Assembly: GCA_965637545.1 (NCBI GenBank)
Contig: OZ281495.1
Location: 3,224,001-3,288,000, forward strand
Direction of reading: 5' to 3'
DNA length: 64,000 bases
Origin: Phallusia mammillata
Lineage: Eukaryota
Below the pieces are notes generated by a model. The model saw only the letters and a list, made by a program, of their open reading frames with translations, made no database searches and was not told the DNA's origin. Both the position numbers and the translations under genes were made by a program. This document shows positions 21,901-33,102 of the stretch, piece by piece (within the stretch, counting starts at the first letter, position 1; the number at the start of each line of letters is the position of its first letter).

Positions 21901-24900
21901 ACATAGCCACAATAAAGCTAGTAGGTTGGGTAAAACGCCACTAAAGCATGACGGGTAACTTACGTAGGGGCTCAAGTATCATCACAACGATTGAAACGCG
22001 GCTGTTCACGAGGCGCAAGTGTTTGTATCAGTCTGAGTGATTCTGATGTTGGTGTTTTCTGTGTGCTGCCTGCCGCAAACACAACTCAAAAGCTGTTGCC
22101 AATCGGTGATTTTTATACTCTAACCTTAATTATTCGTTCTACGGATTATAGTCTGTATCAATGTTTTTGCATGTTGGTAGTTTTTGTGGTTATAATGTGG
22201 ACCGACAACACGACTCGTATGAATGCATGCGACTTTTTTACTACAGCTTGAAGAAGAAAAAAGATATTTTTTACAAACTCGCCTAAACCGCCGCGTTCTT
22301 AGTTGCCACCAGTCCGTACAAGGAAAGGGCTAAATGTAAAAACGTTTTCCGGCTGAAAGAAACGAAAAACCTGCTCGAAAACAAGATCAATTGTTGTTGC
22401 GTTGAAACTTGGCCTTGAGTCAAACCGAGCAACTTAAATATGGAAAGTGTGGTTTGTGAAACTTCATGGATGTTGGGCTAGGAATTTCAACAATGATAAG
22501 TATCAATATCCAACATACATTGGTTATAAAAGAGACAAATATTATGTCCTAGTATAGACGTCACCACACCAATAAACATGACAGCACGTTTAATCAATCT
22601 TGGATGCGTTGATAATACACTTAGGTCTAAACTGGTCAGCTGGGTTTGTGTAGTTAATATTGCCAAACATACGACGAAATTGTTCAAATACCAAACGCCT
22701 TCAGAATGATATTTATATCTGCAAAGCATATTCCATAATCAGAACGGCAGCATTAACCACGGAAAGTACCTCAAGCATACAAAGCAACGTTTCCAAAATT
22801 TTGGGGCAACGTGTAAGTCGAAAACAAAAGTCTACCGGCAGATTTAAATGATACTGAACTTAAGGCTAAAGTTAGGTGTGGAGGCATAAATAGGCTTTCA
22901 GTCAAGTCTCTTCACGTCCCTTTGCACCAATAAAGCTGGTGGGTTGAACGAAAACGAAGAAGAACGAAAACACGATACTGCCACAAATCCATTACGGCTC
23001 AGCATTTAGTGCAGTAAACACAGAAAGAAAAACAATGGTATTTATAATATGGTGGTAAACTGCTTAGGCTAAATCCGCTAGGCGGTGCACCACAGTTATT
23101 ATTTGTCACGTTGTACTCGGTGCATTGGAGGAGAAAAAATGTCTGCGTTGTCAAACTCGATTACAGCAGCGTGGAATGGTAAACTGAACAATTGTTCGGA
23201 CAATTCTAACGCAGTTATTTTTCTATGGATTTTTTGCCGAAAATTTGCAGTCATTGAGATACCGTTATTTTAAATCTAGCAGACTTGCAGAGCTTGTCAA
23301 ATACACCTTATGTAGCACTACGCTCAAGTAACTGTTCTGTATCAGATATAAATGTTTCACTGACATCATCATATTTATCGTCTGCACCACTTCATTCAAC
23401 TTTTTATACATCAGTCTGTTTGGTCGCCACCACTGCTTATGACAAAAGACCTAAAATTTCGAGCTAGGGAGAGGACGACTTATTTTAAAAGTGTTACCGC
23501 TCGTCAAAAAGTCCTTTCGTAATACACATTTTGTAAATAAAAAATATATTGCGCATAACTCTTAGATTTATGGTCTATATATTTCTACTGCGCAAGTGCA
23601 GTCGCCCAAATATAGGTTGACCGACAACACGACTCGTATCAATGCATGCGACTTATTTACTGCAGCGTAAAGAAAAAAAGTTTTTCACAAACTCGTCGAA
23701 ACTGCCGCGTTCTTGGTTGTCATCAGACCGTAGAAGGGAAGGGGCTAAACGTAAAACGTTTTTTTTTTCAACGGTAAAAGAAATGACGAACCTGCTCGAA
23801 AACAAGATCAATTGTTGTTGCGTTAAAACTTGGCCTTGAGTCAAACCGAACAACTTAAACATGTGAAGTTTGGTTTCTTAAACTTCATGGCTGTATGTTG
23901 GGCTATGGAAGTTCCTCAATGATAGGTATAAGCGTTGCAATATCCAACATACATTGGTTATATACAGGGTTGCCATACCGTCCTTATTTCTAAGATTTGT
24001 CCTTATTTTGAAGGGCTGTGTCTTAGAAAACTTCATTGTCCTTATTTCTAAGAAATGTCCTTATTTTTGACTGTAGTCCTTATTTTGTCTTATTTTCAAC
24101 AATTAGTGTAGTCAAATCCCTGCTACAGGGAAAACTAAACCTAGGCCTGGCCTGTTGTGAGATGCACTTAGTGTTTCTGGCCAAAATATTGCAAATATGA
24201 TGTCATGGCTCGTATAAATGCAAAGATTTGTTTAAAAATGTTTGTTTCGTTTCGCATAAAAATTTAATTTTTCGGTTGTCCTTATTTTTGGTTTCAAGTC
24301 GATGGCAACCCTGGTTATATAAGATACCAATACTATTCCCAAGTATAGAGGTCACAACACCAATAAACATGACAACATGGTTATTCAATCTTGGATGCGT
24401 TAATAATACATTTACTCTAAACTGGTCAGCTGGGTTTGTGTGGTAACTATTGGCAAACACATAACGAAATAGTTTAAATACCAAACGCCTTAAGAATGAC
24501 ATTTCTTTCTGCAAAGCATATTCCATAGCCAGAACAGCAGCATTACTTAACTTTGCCACATTCGTTTATCAAGCTTTGCCACGTAAGGTATCTCAAGCAT
24601 ACAAAGCCCCGTTTCTAAAATTTTTGGGCTACGTGTAAGTCGTAAACGAAAGTCTACCGGCAGATTTAAATGATATTGAACTAAAGGCTAAAGTTAGGCG
24701 CGAAGGCATAAATAAGCTTATAGTCAAGTCTCGTCACGTGCCTTTGCTACAATAAAGCTGGTGGGTTGGGGTAGAACGTCACTAAGGCGTGACGGGTAAC
24801 CAATGTAGGGTCGTCTCACACCGATCGAAACTCGACGTGACCGCCGCGTTCTTAGTTGTCACCAGACCGCACAAGAGAAGGCTGAAGACGATTGTGGTTG

Positions 24901-25600
24901 CGTTGAAACTTGACCTTGTGTCTTCAACTGAACGACTTAAATTTCTAATATGTTATGCGTGATTTGTAAAACACCGTTATGACAACACTATGCTGTGCTG
25001 CTGTGAAAATACAACGTTCATTAGTAATAAAATCATGTGTTGTTTCAAAATTTTTAAAAACGTGTTTAAACAAACATCTGATGTATTTCTTTTGTCAGAG
25101 TGTTACCAACCTTGCCACGTTCGTTTATCAGACTCTTTTTCGTAACGTATCCCAAGCATGCAAAGCAACGTTTCTCATATTTGCAGGAGCAACGTGTAAA
25201 TAAAAAAAGCCTACCTGCAATATTTGTTCAAAACTAAAGGTTAAAAATAAGTGTGGAGGCATAAATAGGCTTTCAGTCGAGTTTTACCACGTCACTTTGC
25301 AACAATAAAGCTGGTTGGTTGGGGTAGAACGGCGCTAAAGCGTGACGGGTAACTAACGTAGGGGCTCAAGTGTCGTCACAACGATGACGAAACGCAATTG
25401 TTCACATGGCGCATTTGTTTGTACGAATCTGAGTGATTCTCTGGTGCTGGCTGCTGCAACTGCAAACACAACATAACATTTGTGAATCGATGATATTTAT
25501 ACCCAGACCCTAATTATTCGTTCTGCACAAATTCTTTCTGCAGGTTATTACTTTTTTGCATACTGCTAATCTTTGTGATTGTAATTTGTAAGCTACAAAA
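19000..25600. repeat. Degenerate, nested tandem duplication array (~5 partial copies of a 1-2.4 kb unit)
   Basis: CCGCCGCGTT.TT.GTTGTCACCAGACCG at ~19090, 21388, 22288, 23703, 24840; CCACGTCAC..CAATAAAGCTGG at ~19700, 21895, 22915, 24735, 25287; 20720-21330 duplicates 23040-23645. Confidence 0.9.
23965..24313. mobile_element. hAT MITE (GTCCTTATTT subterminal repeats)
   Basis: TIRs CAGGGTTGCCA / TGGCAACCCTG; perfect TSD GTTATATA. Same family as 52941-53479. Confidence 0.95.
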
Positions 25601-27760
25601 ACTACATTTTGTTGCCAAGCAACATACCAATGAGTAGAAAAAACTAAACGTTGCCTATATGTTGTGGGTTGTATTGTATTTTGTTTACAAGTACATTAGC
25701 AAGGCAAAGGAAGTATAAGATATAATCGGTAATTTGGCACGAAAGCCACCTAACACAGCTGCAAAAAATCACCAGTTGTGAAAGGAAACAATTTAAGGTT
25801 TTGTGCAATTTTTTGTGTTTTGTGCAAATTGGGATAATAGCTTTTCCGATACGCTGGACTGGTGCTTATGCAATTTGGGGCATACATTCGATCTCTATGG
25901 TACAAGCGGTATCCGCAGTGAGCCAATGTCATGAAATTAGATTTCCTGGGTTCACCACAAATACTACACCGAACTTTTTCTGGGATATAACCAACTTCTG
26001 GGTTTTCTCTTCCCAGTAAAGTCTATTGTGTACGTAAAACTAATGAACAAATCTAACGAAAGCACCAAGCAATGCAAAAAATACAAAATCCGCCGATACA
26101 CTGTTTACTGTTTAGTCCAACTTCGTGACTTTACCCGTTCCCTCATGGGATGTTTTTAAATACACTGAAAAGTTGCAAAATAGTAAAAAAATTAAAAATA
26201 TTTTTGCAGAACTACAAAATAATTAAAACGCAATCAGAAATGCTCAGGGTATAACTTGTGTTGAGACTTGAGTGGTTAAACCATTAAAATTCCACTGTTG
26301 CAAGTTTGCACTCTGCAGGCTCTAAGTCATCGTATTTGTTGAATGGGTAATTCTTTATTCATACAATTGTGATGTCACAAGTACACACTGTATGAATGTG
26401 ATGTCATACTTAAAGTGCATACAAACCAGGAGCGATTTTCTGAAAATCACAGGCATTTTTCAGCTATCAAACCTATTTATTTCTTGTTTTAGAGCTATTT
26501 TATCTCTTTGGTTTGTAGTTTGTACTTTCTACTTTGTTCAGTTGTGTGGTTTAGTCTGGTTTTATTACTTGTGTTACCCCTGAATCATGAATGTTTGAAA
26601 TTGTAAATTGTTTTTCGGAGTGTTACAATATGGAGAAATTCAAGTGTTTTGTACGTGTGCTAGCTGCTAAGGCTTTGCTTATTTGATCTGTTATGCACCT
26701 AACAAAACCTGACTGTTATTTTTTGTACTTTTTAAGTTTCTGAGCAAACAAGGAAGATTTGTATTGTCCACCTTTTGGAACTTACTTCCTAAATTCCTCT
26801 TTCAAGTAGAGACTTTTGGCTGAGGTTTGTTCTTCACCAGTTATATTATGCTGATAATAGATATTATTTTATATCTTGTGCTAAGCATATCCTTTATAAA
26901 TGACACTTTTTATTTGGTTTACCCTTTTTGGGGCTTTCTGCATTTAATTTTGGAACATTGTGGGTTGAATATGAGTTTGTGTACTCAATGTATTATTTCT
27001 TCTCTAATAGGACCAACAAACATTACCACTCAGTGATGTAACAATCCAGATCATTGATAACATGACAATACCCCACTCACTAAAGAGCAGAAAAAGCATG
27101 AATTGGCCAAACAAATTATAGGTGGGAACAAGATTCCAAATGACCCTTTTGGATACAAATTTAAGGATGAAATCTTTCCTGTTAACAGAAGTAGGTTAAT
27201 AATTTTGTTGTTTTGCATTGATACTTGTGTTACTTTGCAAATGTTTATTTAAAACTTTTGAATTTTAGTATCAGACTAGAGAGCTGGGATTCTAACTTCT
27301 CCAACAGGTTTGACTGATGATGACCAGAGTGGACATGCTGTTGCGATAATAATCACTCATTTGCAAGATTTCGTTCAGATACAAAAAATTATCATTGCTG
27401 TTTGCAGGTTTGCATTTTTTTTACTTCAACTTGTGCAAAAGTATAAATTATACTGTCTTTTTTACAGATGCAATATTGTGTATTTTTTATTTATTTACCA
27501 ATTACCTATTTTGTACACCTCGTGTTTATTTAATACATTTAATTCATATTAGTCTGTGAAGGGATTCGCTCTTAAGTTTAATTTAATTGTTTTTGTCTAT
27601 TTTAACTTAAGGGTGTGCAATTTCAATTCTTAATGTGTGAATGACTTAAACAGTTTACTTATTGGAGCGTTAAATGTTTACTTAACAACTTATATTGCGA
27701 TTTCATTTCCCCTACAGCCCTACCTTCCTATACAACTATCAACTATGAGAAATCACTTAA
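25340..27760. repeat. Segmental duplication, direct copy of ~55160-57670
   Basis: Colinear shared blocks, e.g. GGGAT.ATAGCTTTTCC..AGCTGGACTGGTGCTT (25831/55844), CCCGTTCCCTCATGGGATGTTT (26134/56104), ACATTACCACTCAGTGA (27020/56881), AGTCTGTGA.GGGATTC (27551/57472). Confidence 0.9.
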
Positions 27761-30268
27761 GTGGGACGGCACTTAATAAATGGGTCAAGGACAAATTTTT
27801 CAGCCAACATCCAACGGGAAATCCCCCACTGATACTAAAACTTAAATCAATTGCGCTCACTGGCGGATTTGTTGTCGCGAATCGACTTGCCACTGAAGCC
27901 GGAACTTCACCACTCATGAAGGTACGTCACATTGGTAGATAAACTGGAAAATGTCAGGCGTATCAAAAGTGTGTATTTTACGATTACAAAAACACTTGTC
28001 GGTTTTACGCCACTGTTTACACCCAGGTTAAACTTACCACTATTTGTTACAACATCAAGAAGATAAAACAGTCGCAGTTCCCCAAACATCTGACTTCAAC
28101 TAGGGAAGAAATACCACAAGCTTTCGGTTTTGTAAGTTATTTGGCCCTCGCGCATCATTACCAAATTTTTATATTAAAAAATTTACTCACCTCTGGTTTA
28201 TACTGGAGACCGAATATTCGGTTTGCCGAATTTACTCTGCCGAATCTTTTTTTGCACAGATTCGTTTTCAGTCAAATAATTTGTTGCTATTCCAAAAACC
28301 AATCGTTTACCTATACAAATCTAAACAGTAAAACCTGTCGTTTCTGCTTATCACACAATCTTTCAAACTACGCCATAACAAAAATCGCATCAATTTTTAT
28401 TATTAGTTTAAAACTTTATCGTTTTTCCCACTCCAGACAAAAAGTCAGTAATTCATTGGCAGGCTGGCAACCAAAGCCCTGGCCCCTTGTCCACTGAAAT
28501 AAAACGATCATGAAACAGAACTATTCTGTTCTGCAACACCACTCTTTGCCCGATAGAAAAACGTATGTTTTAATGTCAAACCCGTGGCGTGCGACGATTT
28601 TGATACGAAATTTTTCTATTCATTCAGCCGATCCCAAATTGCCGATTCGGTGAATCTCTAGTTTGTACCACTACTTCACATACTGAGATACGTCTTAATT
28701 AATTTTCGTCATCGTAATTGTGGCGATTATTAGACCTAACATTAACTGCGTGCCAAACCTTAGTTTCAGGCTGGTAAAGTTTTGTGAGAGATTGCGTGTC
28801 ATTTTCAAATACGTCGCATACCACGTGTTGGACACCCCGTTGATAATATATTGTCTCGTCTCGTAGGACCAAACCGAAACGTCGTAAGATGTCACATCAC
28901 AAATATTTAACGTTCATCGTAAACGCTTCTCGCAATGACGTCACCAAGTCTTCTTTTTAGACAACTCACCGTACATCGCGCCACCAAGTGGCCAGTTATT
29001 CCCGGTTGAAACGTGTGACGATTTAAAAATTGTCCATCGCATCATGGTTCATAGATATCACGTTACGAATTTTACATTTTTCTCTTTAGTATCAAGCGGC
29101 ACAACATGTACCGTCTGGGACGAGGAACGCCTTACAACGACAACCGGGCGTAGTGTTTGTTCTGGTGCAAATCTGACTCCAGGACCGCAAGCAATTTTCA
29201 TCAACACGACAATCAACTCAGTGGTCGCTGACATTCTGTCTCACGCTGTGAGTGAGTTTGGCACGACTGCTGCATCCAGCGTGTCCATCTTCACAGAGAC
29301 GAAATCGCCTTCCATAAGATGTTGGTTATTTCAGATCCGATAGTAAACAATGCGTCACTTTCCCGTTTGTCTCGATGTTCAATTAAACTTTGTCGCTTAT
29401 CTGATCAAAATCTAAAAAGGCGTTAGGTTTTTCAACATGTTTCTGATCTACGGGATATTTAATTGTAGGATTGTTTCCACAGACAGGTGCACGTGCTTTA
29501 GGGTGCAAGACATGCGCTGTGAGTATGTGACATGGGAACGAGTTTTAACCTGACAGATACGCAAACACTTCGTGGAAATAGAACTTGTGGAAATTGATAA
29601 AAAGTTGTCCTTATTGTGTATATTTGTTTATTATTCTCCAATAAACAAGCGCTCCAAACATGCAAACGAATGAAAAACAACGAGATCATCAAGTCGATGA
29701 TGTGCCGTTACTTTTTGGGGTTGGTGTCGGAACTTCCGGAAACAGAAGAAACAAAACGTTTTCGAGAAACAAAACAAAGTGACCTTCCAAAACGAGGGTC
29801 TACAGGAGGTCGCACAATTGACCGGCTGTAGTTATTTAACGTGTCAACCGATCGTATCACTGGGGGCAGTTACATTCTCACACATACACACGACTAGGAG
29901 CAGTATGAAACAGAGTGAGCGACGTACGAAAAGGGGCGGGTCATTTACGAAAGCGGTATAAAGGCACACCGGGAACGATATGGAGGCGGCAAACTACGGG
30001 GACATAAATAGTAAAACAAAAAGTTGTTCTTATGGTGATGAGTTTGGCTCAATCATCTGGGTTGTCTATCACAGGTTTGCGAATTTTGTTTATAAGCTTC
30101 ATAATTAAACAACACATCACACTTTAAAGTTCTGTCTTTTGAAAACTGCTGATACTCAACTACTTTGTTCCACTAGGTGATGCACCAGAGTTATAATGCG
30201 TGCTGCTGTGCGTACCGCATTCGAAGGTATTTATTCGATTGTAACGTATTTATTTGTGATTGGTTTAC

Positions 30269-30340
30269 CTGCAGGTTGCTGTGGTGATGTGACGGAATGG
30301 GGAATATGCTCAGTGAGGGTTCTTGCGGGTCTAGTTTGGT
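30269..30340 (-). CDS. Orphan phase 1-1 exon (DQTRPARTLTEHIPHSVTSPQQPA), paralogous to the gene 1 SPQQ cassette exons
   Basis: Acceptor gtgcttag| and donor cag|gtaaaccaatcac, nearly identical to the donor region at 12460-12476. Length is 72 nt and stop-free. Confidence 0.55.
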
Positions 30341-32603
30341 CTAAGCACATGATTTATACTGATATTTATATATTTAAATTTATTTATATGTACTCTCTGC
30401 AAAAGTTAGTTGAACATTACTAAATACTAAATTATATTGAGATCAGCTCATGACAATCCAGCGTATTTAACCAACAACTTCTAATACTGGATCAACTTGC
30501 TTTGTACATTCTGTGCTTTTTGTCAAAGCAGCATGATTCTAACTTTTAATAGTTCATCTCATTTAACTATTGACTTTTCATACGACGCAAGCTTCCAGTC
30601 TAATCAACAAACACAAAAATATTTTACTAATTACTCAAAAAGTAAAAACAACTACATTGCTTCCACTTTGCCACTCGATGTATCGCACTCGATTAGCTGA
30701 AAAATCAGGTGCTGGTTCAATTTCCCTGACCTCAGAAACCCGCATGACACCAAAATACATCTTTTGTTACCGCAAGCCCCAGTTGCATGACGATGATCGG
30801 CAGCAAAACAATGACAAAGTTGTTGTATGCTCGTTCGGACATTGCATTATGACATTTCTTTGGAAATTCGACCAACTATACCTCAACCTCACTGCGCCGT
30901 TCTGTTGTTAAGCAAAAATATTTAAAACCAAATTCTGTGGAAAATTGTCTGGCGCGCCTGTGCTCTTTACGCCATTTATCAATATTGCGGTGAACCCTTT
31001 GTGTGCGAGTTTCGAAAGTTTCAGTGTTTTTGTGTATGTTCAGCTATTGTATTACTTGCGATTTTTTTCAAAAAAAAAAAATTTAATAGACTTTACTTGC
31101 ACTTAACTGCACCCAAAGATAACGTTTTAGGTTTGTTTAAACCGGTAGTGGATTTTGAAAAACAACTGTTTAAAAAAATGACTTTTTACGTTGCAACGGA
31201 TGTCTACCTATTGTTTCAAAAGTTCTGTTGTTGTATGGCCTTATTTGGTTGTTGGTGAAATTTAGAAGGCTTATGGTAACAGAATGTGGAGGTTACTATT
31301 GTGCACTTGAGTGCCATTTAAACGATAAATAGTAATAAAAAACACTCTTGCTGAAAATAATGCAAAACTTCAATATGGGTAATTTTTATGACTTCAATTA
31401 TGTAAAGTACAAACGATTTCAACGGAGTCTGAATATTCATATTTCAAATTGACAAATAGAAAAAAGGGGAAACAAAATCTGCATGACAACACACATTTTT
31501 ACAATATAGCTACAATAGCTACAATACAATATGTATAAATAGTCAAAAAACGAATAAAAAAACACTTTTGCTGAAAAAAAAATGCAAAACTACAATATAG
31601 CTACAATACAATATGTGCTGAAGTGTGACATGACGACAAGCAAAAATAAAACATTTTACTGATAAACAAGATCTTTAGCGTATAACACTGAAAATCGTTG
31701 AACGTCGCCAATGAACGTCGATAACGTGACATGAATGTGACCTCAGAGTCGTTTTGTTACCCTGGACAGCGTTTACAACACACTTTTCATATGACTGCCA
31801 TGCTGCTTTGAAACGTGTTGCTAATTTGTTGATACTCGGATGGGTAAAATGTTTGTTCGAGCACAAACTCTCAAGTTCAATTTTAGAGGCCCGTGTTTCC
31901 CTGACCAAGAAACTTGAGAGACATCGCTTCAACGCAGTGGCTAATCATTCGCCGGACTTGAAAAAAGATACAGGCTGCCCGACGGCGGACTAGTTTTAGC
32001 ACAACGCATTCAGGCGTTGCCAGCCCACCGAGGATTGAAATGAAACAAACAAACCAACAAGCAATCTGTGGCTCGTTGTCTATTTCTGCATTTTTAAAAC
32101 ACGGGTGCCTCACACACTTGCGTCAACCAACTCTCTGATCATATACACTTTATCAGTTTGCCATTTATAACTTTAACTGTTTGTTTAAAATGCTTTGTTG
32201 AGTGCAGCGTGCGTTAGGGGAATATGAGTAGCAACAATAGTTCGTAGTTGGTTGAAAGAAGCCGCAATTGCAAACGTATTTCGAAATTCCGCCATTATGG
32301 AATATCGTTTCGTGGAGACCATTTCTTCTAAAAAATCACCGAACCGTTTCTCGCATCAATGTTTGTTACTTGAATCGGTCCAGTTGGAGCTAGAGATAGA
32401 AATTAAAGTTCATCACATGGGCATAAACTTATCAAAAACTTATGAATGCATCGGTAATTTTGTGTTGCAAACTAGAGGGGATACCCAAGACAGAACTCAA
32501 GTTAGACATCAACTTAGCAAGTTTAAAACGAAACAAAATTATGTTTTAATGAAGGCTAGAAAAATACTGATGTGCTGGTCGATGTGACTGAGATGCTTTA
32601 AAG

Positions 32604-32922
32604 CAGGGGTGGGCAACCTTTTTTACTGAAGGGCCAATTATAAATGTCAAAATTGGATCGAGGGCCGCACATGAGCATAACACAAAGTGATTTTGCTTTG
32701 TTTCTTACCAAATATGCTTAACTACAAGTATAATTCGTATTTGATTCTAACCACATATTGACAGATCGCAGAAAACTAGCATCAGGCGCATTAATCAGCT
32801 CAAAAATATGTAATAATTGAAATCGTTTGCCAGTACTTTTGAAATCCAAGCGTCTCTGCGGGCCGCACAACCTTTAATGAAGGGCCGCATGCGGCCCGCG
32901 GGCCGCAGGTTGCCCACCCCTG
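32604..32922. mobile_element. hAT (Charlie-like) MITE
   Basis: TIRs CAGGGGTGGGCAACC / GGTTGCCCACCCCTG; perfect TSD CTTTAAAG; GCGGCCCGC subterminal motifs. Confidence 0.96.
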
Positions 32923-33102
32923 CTTTAAAGTGTGATATACAAACTTTATTTTGTGAATTAAGACAACACGAGTTACAACGATATATCAGTAACAACAAAC
33001 TGAGATGTGTTGCGTTTTGTACAATTGTGCAATGTTTTCTTAATGCTGACTTTTAACTGGACAAGTTCACAGTTTTCAAAACAAGCAAAGACTTTTACTT
33101 AC

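Noticed and set aside
22487-24559. Similar small ORFs (THPRL..VMFIGVVTSILG) in two array copies as a membrane-peptide family
   Set aside because: A 1-nt indel shifts the frame between copies, and one copy is interrupted by a MITE; no coding constraint is evident.
28960-29343. ~130-codon plus-strand open frame, and a minus-strand gtgagt donor at ~28966
   Set aside because: No recognisable domain or consistent exon chain.
31675-32113. Overlapping short ORFs examined as a possible death-domain exon after the UPA module
   Set aside because: No DD consensus (W..LA..LG...I) in any frame examined.
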